Origin: Monocercomonoides exilis PA203
Taxonomy: Eukaryota > Protista > Preaxostyla
Assembly (NCBI GenBank): GCA_001643675.2
Contig: LSRY02000033.1
Location: 682,001 to 746,000 of the forward strand
DNA length: 64,000 nucleotides
Direction: 5' to 3'
Shown: positions 23,452 to 33,595 of the stretch, piece by piece
Layout: every line of letters begins with the position of its first letter
Position numbering within the stretch: position 1 is the stretch's first letter
Program-made: the position numbers and the translations under genes
The notes under the pieces: model-generated
The model's database searches: none
What the model was told of the DNA's origin: nothing
The model's input: only the letters and a program-made list of their open reading frames with translations

Positions 23452-26400
23452 CCATAATTTCAACTCAACGTTTTTTGCGTTGTGATGATTCAAATAATGG
23501 TATTGAAGATTTTTCAACATTTAACGAAAATCATTTCAATATTCCCATTGTCTGTGAGAGTCGCATTTAATAGTCTCGCAGCTATCTTTTGTTTCGAAGA
23601 CAGTCTCAAAACTCAATGATTTCCATCCTGCACTTCTTTTTGTGCGCTCTTCCATTTGCATTCACCCAAAATGAAAACAGTTGTTGCGAAAAGGAAATCG
23701 GGAAATGTCTGAATAATCGCAACAACGACAATGCCATTCCATATGATGAACAAAACACTGTAAATTCTCATATTAATCCATTCAAAACTCTCGAAATATG
23801 TAATGTTGGTCGGTGCTTGTGGCTTGACACTCACATTCGAAACTCATCAATGATTCTGTGCAACTCCTCATTGGTGTTGAGCACACTCTCCATCTCTCTC
23901 CATTCGCATCCCTCATTCATCGAAATCGATGACAAATCACAATGCAAAATGGGGGGTGTGGTTCTCCTGCTTGAGCAGCCCAATTCATCACCCTTTGCAT
24001 CTTCTGGGTTTTTGCTGTTTTGCAACGCAACCCTTGCACATGCTGGGCTGGCACATGAATTGTCGAGCAGCCTTGTGTGTGCATCAGGGAACAGCCACAC
24101 CCGCTTCAAGGGTTGCTCTTTTCATGCTCTGTCCCACCCCCACCCTCACCCATTTCTTGTTTGTGGTGCTGCCTCTTCGCTCTCCCTCTCGCACTGTGTG
24201 TTTTCCAACATCACATCCCTTGCCCACACCTCCACCCAGCAACACCCAAACCCATGCTTCAGGAGCTGTGATGCTGCCAGTTGTGTGTGTGATGTGGCAA
24301 CAGACCCGCTTTCCTCCATTTTCCCACTCCATCTCACAAGCCACTCGTTTCGATCCTTCAACAGCTCATTCTCCAGGATCTCGAACAACAAGATCACAAA
24401 CAGAACTGTCATCGAGTCTTCGGATGAGGAGGAGATTGTGTTTGATGATGATGAGTTCGAGGTGAGCGAAACGGCAAATGATGGAGGTGCTATTTATGTT
24501 AACAATGCAAACAGCTTGATCATTGCAAGGTGTAAATTTTCTCATTGCTCTTGCAAAAATCATGGAGGCGCAATAGATGTGATAAATGTTCGAATGTGCA
24601 AAATATATGAAAGCATTATCACAAATTGCAGTGCGGGAGTTGATGCAGGTTCATTTCGTGTTTCTGGCTCGGATAATTTTTTTGCTGAAAACTGCATGTG
24701 CACAGAATGCCATTCAAATAATTATTATGGATGTGTCGGAGTATTCAGCATCAAAACAATTTTTATTTTCTCCAATAACACATTTTCTCATTCATATGCG
24801 TCAAACGATTGCGGTGGACTGTTGATAAGCAACTCTGAAGATGATAACATGATAGTTTCAAACTGTTTATTTTCTCATTTAACTGCTTCATGGTGTGGAA
24901 GTGCTTTTGTATTGCATCAAGGAACATCGAGATTTCCTCCACAAAGCAGGTTTCTGTTTTTCATGAACAACACATGCACAGATCAGTATTCGGGGGCAGA
25001 CTTCGGGTGTGGGGAGGGATGGGACGGGGTGGTGAACTCCACGCACTTTGAGCACTGCTACTCGCTCAGCACAGGCATCCGCAGCTTTGTGTGCACGGCC
25101 GGCTTCCGCCCCTGCACCGCCGGCTACGAGGCCGACTTCATCCGCGCCCCGACCTATTCCACCATCCATGTGGCCCAGCCTGCCCGCGCCTCGGGAGGCG
25201 ACACGCCCCACTGTGGCGAGCTCGGCAGCGAGTGCGCCACCATCGCCCACGCCCTCACCAGACTCGCCCCACCTGCCCCACCTGCCCCACCTGCCCCAGA
25301 TGCCTCAGATGCCCCGCAGCCAATCGCCGTCCTCCCCGGGTCGTACCAAGAGCCGGGCGTGGCAGTGGCCCAGACACACATCCGCATCAGCAGCAAAGAC
25401 CCAGCCAGCCCGGCCGAGGTGCGGTGCAACACCACCGGCGCAGTGCTGTTTGCCACAGCCAGCGGCGCGCTGGAGCTGGCGCAGCTGGTGCTGGTGGCCG
25501 ACTGGGGCGTGTGCCCAGCCACACCGCTGCTGGTGCTGGACGGGGACGAGGGCGCAGTGGCTGTGGCCGAGTGCACCATCACCGGCGCCGGCCACTCGGC
25601 TGCCAACCGGTTCCGCTCGCCGGTTGTTGTGCTGCACAGAGGGGCAGGGCGGATCACCAGATGCACCGTCACAGCGCTGGTGCTGGACAGCGCGAGTGCA
25701 ATCTGGGTCGGGAGGCGCTGCACTGCTGCTGTGGAGTGCACTGTGTGTGCACACATTGTGCGATCCTCGGGGTGCGGGGGAGCCATTGTCCTCGAGGAGG
25801 AGGAGGATGTGGAGGAGGATGGAGACAGCATTGCCAGTGCCAGTGCCAGTGCCAACACAAACGAAGGGGATGCTGCACAAGCGATATCTGGGTGTGTCTT
25901 TGAGGACTGCTGTGCAGAAGGGGATGGGAGTGGCGGCGGGGCAATATGTGCCAGGCTCCGAGGCAGAGGCTGCTTCACAGTGAACGCGTCAGCCAGCTCG
26001 GGGTGCACCCTGCCTCTTGTGCGCCATCACAGCCACAACAGCAACACCACCAGAGCCTCTCATGGCACAAATGGTGGTGATGATGGGAGTGGAGGCGAGG
26101 CACTGTTCAGCAGGTGCAAGAGCAGCGGATATGGCGGGGCGGTGTATCTGGACTTGGCCGAGGGCTTCGGCACACTCCTGCTGGACGGGGTTGTGTTTGG
26201 TGGCTGCGAGGCTGCGCTGGGAGGCGCCAATGTGTTTGTGAACGGGTGCGCCCTCACCCCGGCCAAGATCAGCACCTCCACCTTCTGCTTCCCCTTCGAC
26301 CAATCCTCTGCCGACGACCTCATGGGTGTCGATCGCGCGCTGCCAGAGGTTGCCCCGTTCACCCTCGCAGTGTTTCTTGTCCCGTTCCCAGGCGCTGCTC

Positions 26401-29400
26401 ATGTGGCTGGCCAGCCCTCCCGCGCATCCAACACCCCCTTCTGCGGCTTCTCCTTCTTCCCCTGCCTCACCATCCCCCATGCTGCCCGCACCCGCTTCCC
26501 CGCTGCTGACCCTGCCATCCTGCTCGATGAGGGCTTCCAGCTCTGCGAGAGGCTTGCTGCCGATGCACATGCTTGGAGCATCTCGTGTGTGCGCAAAGGG
26601 ATGGAGGTGCCTGTTGGTGCGCCTCCGGGCTTTTCGTCGCCCTCGCTCGTCGCAGTCAGCACCGAGGCAGCCATCGCAGACATCCGCTTTGCTGTGCCGG
26701 CCTCGCTCGGCTCAGCCACAGCCCTGGTCGAGGTGGCAGGGGCTGGCAGCCTGCGGATGGCCAGCTGCAGCGCTGTGCACAAGCACGACGGAGCCACAGC
26801 ACCTGGCGATGGCAGCGAGGAGCAGCTGACCTTCGCGCTGATCGCTGTTCGCTCGGGGAGGCTGGTGCTGAGCGAGTTCGAAACACTGGGCGAGGTGGCA
26901 AACACCATGTTTTCGCTGATGGAGTGCACAGGGAGCAGCAGCGTGGTGGAGTGCAGCGGGTGTGTGATTGGGGGCGGGGAGAAGGGGAGCGGAGACGGGG
27001 GGTGTGTGAAGATGGCTGGGGTCGGAGGAGGCAGTGCAAGGCTGGAGATGGAGAACTGCACAGTGGCGAGGTGCAGCGCCAGAGGCAGCGAGGCCAGAGG
27101 AGGCGGCGTTGCAGCCGAGCTGGCAGCCGGGGCAGTCCTGCTGATAAACGGCTCGACCTTCGAGGACTGCGCTGCCGCCGCTGCTGCTGCTGCGGCTGGC
27201 GGAGGCCAGGCACAGACCCGTGGCCTGGGCGGCGCGGTGTTCGTGGGGGAGGCAGATGCCGCCAGGCTGTTTGCCCTCGAGCACGTGGTGTTTGCCAGAT
27301 GCGATGCGTGGAAGGGCAGAAAGGTGTTTGTGTCCGCCACCGTGCTGTCCGCAGTGGCTGATGCCGCCCATTTCAACTGGGCCATGACCAGCGCCGACCT
27401 CAGCACCCTCGACGAGCTCGGCGGATTCGAGCTGGCCACAGCCGATCCCAGCCGCCCCATCCCGCTTGCCGTGTATTTCTGGACCAACATCACCACCCAC
27501 GTGTTTGTCGACGGAGACACAGGCTTCGACTTCAGTGCATGCGGGCACTCTGCTGCTCCCTGCCTGACCATCCCTCACGCCCTTTCCCTCAGGCTCACCC
27601 CGCTTCCCCTCCCCTCCTCCACCCTCTCCATCGCCTCCCACTCCTCCATCTCCGAGCCTCTCCTCCTCCTCCTCCCCCCTGCCCCCACCTCCCCCTCGCC
27701 CACCTCCCTCCCGTCTCTTCGCCTCCACGGCTGCACCCCAGACACCCCGGTCCACGTCTCCGATCCCACACCCAGCCAATCCGACGCCTTCCTCGCCTCT
27801 TCTGTCGACCTCGCCATCGACGCCATCTCCTTCCTCCTCCCTTCTGCTTTCCCCCACCACTCCTCCTTCATCCTGACATCTGCCCCAGACGCTGCTCTCC
27901 TTTTGCAGTGCTGCTCCTTCTCCATGCTCACCCCCCAAACACCCCTTGCCTATGTGATCGTGCTGGCAGCACAAGGGCGTGTCTCTCTCGACCACTGCAC
28001 CCTCGCCTCCGTGTCCTTGTCGCGCCCTTTCCTCGAAATAAATGATGCATCCACTTCTGCGACACTCACATCCCTCTCGGTCTCCTCCTCTTTGCTCGCT
28101 GGCACTCCCCTCGTGTCCATCTATCCACCTGCTCTGGCTGCTTCGACTGGCTTGGCTGGCTTGGCTGGCTTGGCTGCCCCAGACCCCAGGACAGCCATCG
28201 TTCTGGACTCTGCCAACATCACCAACATCGTGCGCACAGGCAACGGGCCGGCTCTGGTGTGTGCAGAGAGGGGATGTGCCATCGACTGTGCTGCCGAGGC
28301 GTGTGTGCTCACCAGCTGCGTGAGCGAAGAGTCTGCCGAGGGCGGAGCCGCAATGGTGTGCCTCGACTGCGACAAGTCGCAGCTGCGCGTGTCTGCCTGC
28401 ATCCTCACCCAGTGCATCTGCTCCCGCACAGCCGGCAGGGGCGGCGGCCTCTTCCTCGACTGCTCCCGCCCTGCTGGCGCTCCTCCCATCCCCCTCTCCA
28501 TCCTCAACCTCCGCTTCGCCCTCAACGACGCCTTCAGAGGAAAGGACCTCTTTCTCCGGTGCTCCTCCATCCCTGCCCAGATCAACGAGTCCCTCTTTTC
28601 CCTCGACTTCACCCAGCCCTCTCTCGCCACCAACACCTCCATCTGCGGCTCCGACTCCTCCCACACCGACCCCGACCTCGATGTCGACCTCGATGTCGAC
28701 CTCCTCCCCTTCATCACCTTCTACCGCGCCCACCAGATATTCGTCGACCAGGACACCGGCTCCTCTGCCCGCCAGTGCGGCTCCCTGCTTGCCCCCTGCG
28801 CCTCCCTCTCCACAGCCGTCCTCCACATCGCCCCTTCCATCGGCAACATCCTCTGGATCTGCTCCTCCTCCTCCTTCGACGCCCCGACCTCCCTTGCTGA
28901 CATCCGCGTCGAGTCTGTCTCTGCGAGTCTTGTCCCTGTGCACTTCGCCACCCCCATCCCCATTTCTTCTGATCTGTCTTCAGACCGCTCTGCTGTTGTC
29001 GCCTTTCTCAACACCTGCATCCTCACCCACTGCCACTTCTCCTTCCACTCCTCCTTCGCATCTGCCCACTCCTCCCTCTTCTCCCTCCTCGACGGATCCC
29101 TCGCTGTGTCCTCCTCCCTCTTTTCCGCAGCCGACCAGCCTGTCCGCCTCAACTCCACCCTCCTTTGTGCTTCCCGAGGCACCCTTCGCCTCTCCAACAT
29201 ATCTGTCCATTCCCTCCACCTCGCCTGCCCTGCTCTTCGTGCTCTCCCCGCTTCCTCCCTCTTCCTCTCCCACGCCAACCTCTCTGCCCTCAGTGCTGCC
29301 TCCCCTGTGCTCCTGCTCGACGATGGCTCCAGCTGCTCCATCGACCATCTCATCGCCACAGATCTTGCTGTCACAACGGGCAGTGTTGTTCTTCTCAATC

Positions 29401-32400
29401 CCCTGGCCAATCCCCCTTCTTCTTCTTCTTCTTTAGAATCAGATCAGCCAGAAGGCTCCTTCAGCATGATGCACTCCGTCTTCACTGCCATCTCGCTCAC
29501 CCAGCTCGGCTGCAGCGTGTGCCAGTGCAACCCCACCACAGCTCCAGTCTATCTCGCAAACTGCACCATCGCCCAGAGCGGCGCTCCCTCTGCCCTTGGG
29601 CGTGCAGCCCTGTTCTCCCATTGCCCTTCAGTCACACTCGAGGCCTGCTCAATAAATGGAGGCGCCCCCCAGCCGCCACAAGCCTTCACCAGCAACTCAC
29701 CAGACACCAGCAACAGCAGCAGCAGCAGCAGAGTGACCATTGAGCCAGATGCATCAGATGCACCTGGGGAACCAGAGAGTGTCTGCGAATGGAATGCCTC
29801 TCTCATCCACTGCCAGAGCACCGCAGCTGTCCTCAAAGACACAACCATCTCTGGCGCACAGCTGGGCGCACTCTCTGCAGCTGCCGGCAGCATCCGTGTC
29901 GACCGCTGCGAGTTCGCCAACAACAGCCCCGCCATCCCCAATTACCCCTCTGCCCGCCGCAACATCATCTGCTCCGATGCCTGCACCCTCACCATCCCCT
30001 CCCTCTGGCCTGGCGACCCCTTCCTCCCCGCCTCCTCCCTGTGGCTCCTCAACCGCGGATGCACCCTCCACGGCATCCCCGCTCACCACCCTTCCCCGCT
30101 CTTCGTCCCTGTGCTCCACAGCGTGCAAGCCAACCACACACCTGACGCCATGGCTCTCACGTTCAGCGGACTGCTCCTCGCTCCCTGCAATCTGTCCTTC
30201 GCTGTTGTGAAGAGCAACGGCGAAGAGAAGGAGATCGAGAAGCACAACTTCGATCCCGACGGGTTCCTGTCGGAAACAGAAGCCGAAGGGAGCGTGGCAA
30301 AGGACCTCGTCAGCAGCTGCGGAGATGAGATAGAGGTGAGTGTGTGCATTCTGTTTGGGGATGCAGATCGCCCTTCTTCGACCGATTCCTTCATCCTGAA
30401 GAACAGAAGCGTGCCCAAGGCAAATGGAGACGAAAGGGTTGTTGAGGGAGGAAAAGAAGAGAAATCTTATTGGCTGTTGGTTGTGATTGTGCTTGTTGTG
30501 ATGTTCTTGATTGTTTTCATTGGATTTATTTTGTTTGTAATTCGATGGAGAAAGCAAAAGAGAAGAACAGAAGAGTTGGAAGTGATTGTGGAAGACACAG
30601 TGAGGAAGGATCCGAAGGCGTTTGAGATGGTGACGATGGAGATGTCTCCCGAGGAGCAGTGGAGGAGAGCAGAGAGGGAGGCAGAGAAGAAGAATGAAGA
30701 GAGGATCAAGAAGAGGGTGTATGCGAAAAGCTTGGGTCATTCAGAGTCATCTGAGCATTTGTTGAGCGAGAGTGGCTCCACTGAATATATATTGGGGAAA
30801 GACTCAGACAAGATCCCCGAATGGGTGCTGGAGAAGGTTGATGATGAAGAAGAGGTGAGAAAGAGATCTCCTTCACCATCCATCTCATCCACTTCAACCA
30901 CAGACACATCAGACACAGAATCCACGTTTGTTCGGGGGGAGGATCTGTGCCCCACCACATCGTCCATGTCGAATCTGGTGGATGCCATGGCCTGCTCCTC
31001 GCCTCACGAGAAGCTGATTGTGGATCTGAGGGATTCGATGTTCATGCTGCTGCATGGGAGGAACAAGACAAAGGAGATGGCGATCGGCACTCTCCAGGAG
31101 CGGCAGATGACAGCTGCCCAGATCCTGTTCTGGGTGGCCAACCTCGCCCTCCACTCCTTCGACGAAATGGAAAATCCTCTTTCTTCTCTTGCCAACCTCA
31201 GCCCCCACATCGTGCTGTTCTCCGAGCACATGGTCATCTGCATTGCTCTCCACTCCGATTGCTCTTCTTCAGATTCTGATTCATCCTCCATCTCTTCGTC
31301 AACTGTTGTCACATCAACAAGTGATGATGATAGAGACTCTCTGCCCTCGTCTGCCTTTGAAGACGAGGACGATTACAAGAAAGAGTGTCTGAGGTGGAAG
31401 GCGCCGGAGCTGCTGAGCGGCGCAAAGAGCCACGCGACAAAGAAGACTGTGGTGTTCTCCATCGGGATGATGGTGTGGGAGTGCCTCACGCTCCAGATCC
31501 CGTTCGCAGAGTACGAGGCCGAAGCAGCCGGCCGCAAGATCTCAAACGGAGAGAGGCCAGCCCCCTGCACCTCCCACGACATCCCCCTCGCCCACACTGC
31601 CTGCGCCGCAACCTCCCAGCAGCCCCACGCCAGGCCCACCCTCCTCGACCTCAAGAAGGCCTTCATCGCCCTCTTTCCGCCTGCCTCTGCCATGATCACC
31701 GCCTCCGACGCAATCGACCTCCTCGACCCCGCTGCCGTCCCTCCTCCCTCTGCTTTGCCGGCCTCTGCTGTCTCCCAGGCACTCACCTCGTTCTGACTGG
31801 CTCCCTCCTGCATCCCTTGATGAAAGAGGGAAAAAAGAAAAAAACAAAAATAAAGGAGGGGAATGGAAAGAAATGAGGAAAGAAGCATCTGAAACAGTTG
31901 TTTTTATTATTATTTATCTTTTTTGTGGCATCCTCAGCGATGCGAGTTTTTCGTGTTTGTGTTGCGTTCCCAGGCCAGCAGCATCGCCACTTCGCTTCTG
32001 CGCACCTCCCTCCAGACAACGTGTGATCTCACAATCACCCTGTCTTTTCCGCGTTTATTTTTGTGTTTTTGTGTTTTTGTGTTTTTGTTTTGCTGGCCAA
32101 CCTTTTTCGTTTTCGACGGGGTGCAGATGCGCAGATTCTGCCAAAATATTTATGAAAATTATTTTTTTCCCTCCTCAGTTCGTGGAAATCAACAAACATG
32201 CAGAAATCTTTTTGTTTTGTTTTTTCTTTTCCCTGGTGTCTTGGCAGGAGTTTCGATCCATTTCAAGGCTGCTGTGTGAGAAAGGCAAATAGCATTCATA
32301 ACTGCATGTGTGCATGCGTGCATATGCAAAGACACAAAGGAATGGAGCTGGCTCACAAATCCTGTTTCAAAGAACAATGTGCTTCCGGCTCCAACAAACA

Positions 32401-32839
32401 CATCGCACTCGATGGCGGGAGTTCTCACCACGCAAGCATCCTTTCGCTTTTTCCACCCCGAGCCCTTCGCCTGCTCCGACAGCAACAGAACCAGGAACAC
32501 AGCTGACATTTATCTGTTCTGGTCTGTGCGCCAGCTCGGCAATCAGATGCTTCGGGGATTGTGCTCGCACCTTCCTCGTTTTGTGCTTGTTGAACGCGAG
32601 GTCAACCGATTTTGATTCAATGATAACAGCAACGCTGCAGCGATGCAAAAGCCAATTAATCATCATCACAATGAAAAATGATAATTTGTTCTGAAGACAC
32701 ACACATGCACATGCACACATTTCGGTGGGGATAAAAGAGCTTCATCAGAATATTTTCTCTTTCATTTTCTTGCACTTAGAATGCTTTCATTTGCTCATTT
32801 CCAACAAAAGCAGTGGGATTGTCTTTCTTATCCTGTTTT
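23452..32839 (+). repeat. Left arm of a ~9.4-kb inverted duplication
   Basis: Reverse complement of 33596-42977; the ORF track is mirrored. The outer edge is approximate. Confidence 0.95.
23616..31796 (+). CDS. Giant type-I surface protein (~2726 aa): signal peptide, Cys-rich GGA(I/V) beta-helix (Pmp-like) ectodomain, single TM helix, degenerate TKL-type pseudokinase; copy A
   Basis: Signal MISILHFFLCALPFAFT; repeats DGGAIYV, HGGAIDV, GGGAIC, YGGAVYL, LGGAVFV, RGGGLFL; CG...PC.TI motifs; TM YWLLVVIVLVVMFLIVFIGFILFVI then RWRKQKRR; kinase C-lobe LRWKAPELL, VFSIGMMVWECLTLQIPF, RPTL, with no HRD or DFG. Confidence 0.88.
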   Translation: MISILHFFLCALPFAFTQNENSCCEKEIGKCLNNRNNDNAIPYDEQNTVNSHINPFKTLEICNVGRCLWLDTHIRNSSMILCNSSLVLSTLSISLHSHPSFIEIDDKSQCKMGGVVLLLEQPNSSPFASSGFLLFCNATLAHAGLAHELSSSLVCASGNSHTRFKGCSFHALSHPHPHPFLVCGAASSLSLSHCVFSNITSLAHTSTQQHPNPCFRSCDAASCVCDVATDPLSSIFPLHLTSHSFRSFNSSFSRISNNKITNRTVIESSDEEEIVFDDDEFEVSETANDGGAIYVNNANSLIIARCKFSHCSCKNHGGAIDVINVRMCKIYESIITNCSAGVDAGSFRVSGSDNFFAENCMCTECHSNNYYGCVGVFSIKTIFIFSNNTFSHSYASNDCGGLLISNSEDDNMIVSNCLFSHLTASWCGSAFVLHQGTSRFPPQSRFLFFMNNTCTDQYSGADFGCGEGWDGVVNSTHFEHCYSLSTGIRSFVCTAGFRPCTAGYEADFIRAPTYSTIHVAQPARASGGDTPHCGELGSECATIAHALTRLAPPAPPAPPAPDASDAPQPIAVLPGSYQEPGVAVAQTHIRISSKDPASPAEVRCNTTGAVLFATASGALELAQLVLVADWGVCPATPLLVLDGDEGAVAVAECTITGAGHSAANRFRSPVVVLHRGAGRITRCTVTALVLDSASAIWVGRRCTAAVECTVCAHIVRSSGCGGAIVLEEEEDVEEDGDSIASASASANTNEGDAAQAISGCVFEDCCAEGDGSGGGAICARLRGRGCFTVNASASSGCTLPLVRHHSHNSNTTRASHGTNGGDDGSGGEALFSRCKSSGYGGAVYLDLAEGFGTLLLDGVVFGGCEAALGGANVFVNGCALTPAKISTSTFCFPFDQSSADDLMGVDRALPEVAPFTLAVFLVPFPGAAHVAGQPSRASNTPFCGFSFFPCLTIPHAARTRFPAADPAILLDEGFQLCERLAADAHAWSISCVRKGMEVPVGAPPGFSSPSLVAVSTEAAIADIRFAVPASLGSATALVEVAGAGSLRMASCSAVHKHDGATAPGDGSEEQLTFALIAVRSGRLVLSEFETLGEVANTMFSLMECTGSSSVVECSGCVIGGGEKGSGDGGCVKMAGVGGGSARLEMENCTVARCSARGSEARGGGVAAELAAGAVLLINGSTFEDCAAAAAAAAAGGGQAQTRGLGGAVFVGEADAARLFALEHVVFARCDAWKGRKVFVSATVLSAVADAAHFNWAMTSADLSTLDELGGFELATADPSRPIPLAVYFWTNITTHVFVDGDTGFDFSACGHSAAPCLTIPHALSLRLTPLPLPSSTLSIASHSSISEPLLLLLPPAPTSPSPTSLPSLRLHGCTPDTPVHVSDPTPSQSDAFLASSVDLAIDAISFLLPSAFPHHSSFILTSAPDAALLLQCCSFSMLTPQTPLAYVIVLAAQGRVSLDHCTLASVSLSRPFLEINDASTSATLTSLSVSSSLLAGTPLVSIYPPALAASTGLAGLAGLAAPDPRTAIVLDSANITNIVRTGNGPALVCAERGCAIDCAAEACVLTSCVSEESAEGGAAMVCLDCDKSQLRVSACILTQCICSRTAGRGGGLFLDCSRPAGAPPIPLSILNLRFALNDAFRGKDLFLRCSSIPAQINESLFSLDFTQPSLATNTSICGSDSSHTDPDLDVDLDVDLLPFITFYRAHQIFVDQDTGSSARQCGSLLAPCASLSTAVLHIAPSIGNILWICSSSSFDAPTSLADIRVESVSASLVPVHFATPIPISSDLSSDRSAVVAFLNTCILTHCHFSFHSSFASAHSSLFSLLDGSLAVSSSLFSAADQPVRLNSTLLCASRGTLRLSNISVHSLHLACPALRALPASSLFLSHANLSALSAASPVLLLDDGSSCSIDHLIATDLAVTTGSVVLLNPLANPPSSSSSLESDQPEGSFSMMHSVFTAISLTQLGCSVCQCNPTTAPVYLANCTIAQSGAPSALGRAALFSHCPSVTLEACSINGGAPQPPQAFTSNSPDTSNSSSSSRVTIEPDASDAPGEPESVCEWNASLIHCQSTAAVLKDTTISGAQLGALSAAAGSIRVDRCEFANNSPAIPNYPSARRNIICSDACTLTIPSLWPGDPFLPASSLWLLNRGCTLHGIPAHHPSPLFVPVLHSVQANHTPDAMALTFSGLLLAPCNLSFAVVKSNGEEKEIEKHNFDPDGFLSETEAEGSVAKDLVSSCGDEIEVSVCILFGDADRPSSTDSFILKNRSVPKANGDERVVEGGKEEKSYWLLVVIVLVVMFLIVFIGFILFVIRWRKQKRRTEELEVIVEDTVRKDPKAFEMVTMEMSPEEQWRRAEREAEKKNEERIKKRVYAKSLGHSESSEHLLSESGSTEYILGKDSDKIPEWVLEKVDDEEEVRKRSPSPSISSTSTTDTSDTESTFVRGEDLCPTTSSMSNLVDAMACSSPHEKLIVDLRDSMFMLLHGRNKTKEMAIGTLQERQMTAAQILFWVANLALHSFDEMENPLSSLANLSPHIVLFSEHMVICIALHSDCSSSDSDSSSISSSTVVTSTSDDDRDSLPSSAFEDEDDYKKECLRWKAPELLSGAKSHATKKTVVFSIGMMVWECLTLQIPFAEYEAEAAGRKISNGERPAPCTSHDIPLAHTACAATSQQPHARPTLLDLKKAFIALFPPASAMITASDAIDLLDPAAVPPPSALPASAVSQALTSF

Positions 32840-33595
32840 TTCAGCAGAAGAGAACGTGCAATGTGGCAAATCCTAAAAAAAAATATAAAACAGGAATTCA
32901 TGAAGAAAAAACGCAAACAAAATATGAAAAGCGATTTATTGTCCTCTTTCATTTAATTTTTTTGGATAAAAGATCTTGAGATTTTGGATGCTGAATATCA
33001 GGAACGCTTTCCCAGTGAGAAGGCATTGCAACTTCTTTCATGTTGCACTTGAAACAATTTTTGGTCTGACTGTTCTTTTCAAGGAGCTTCTGGAGGAACA
33101 GTGTGCGGTCGACTCTTCCAAAGCACCTGAAAAGGCTCTGATAATCTTTTAAAACTGTATTTCAGAAAATGAGGTTGATCAACTTGAAAAAAACGTAATT
33201 AATAAAGAAGATTTTTAAAATTATTTTTTACAGAAGCTTCATCAAACAAAAGCTTGCACAAAATTCAGACAGATCTGAAAAGAATGGTAGCATTAAGCAA
33301 AGGGATTTTACATAAAAGAACTGACATGACACATTGCATTCTTGGAAATCTTTTTCGTCATTTGTTGTTTGAATTCTTTTTGAAAGGATTTTTTAATCAT
33401 GACAAAAAAGAAAATGATTTTAGTTAAAAACTTATTTTTTTCAAGAAAACATAGAGCAAACTTTGTTCTAAACACAAAGAAATTATCATTCTGAATTTGT
33501 ATGTCTCATGTTTCAATATATTTAATTCTTTTCACCTCTTTTTTATTCTCTTATTTAATAAAACAAAAATTCCTCTTCATTTTCCAGTTTCCAAC

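Noticed and set aside
24800-24893. Diversity-generating retroelement VR/TR pair
   Set aside because: The differences are not confined to adenines (many C/T, G/C and G/T changes), and no intact RT is nearby.
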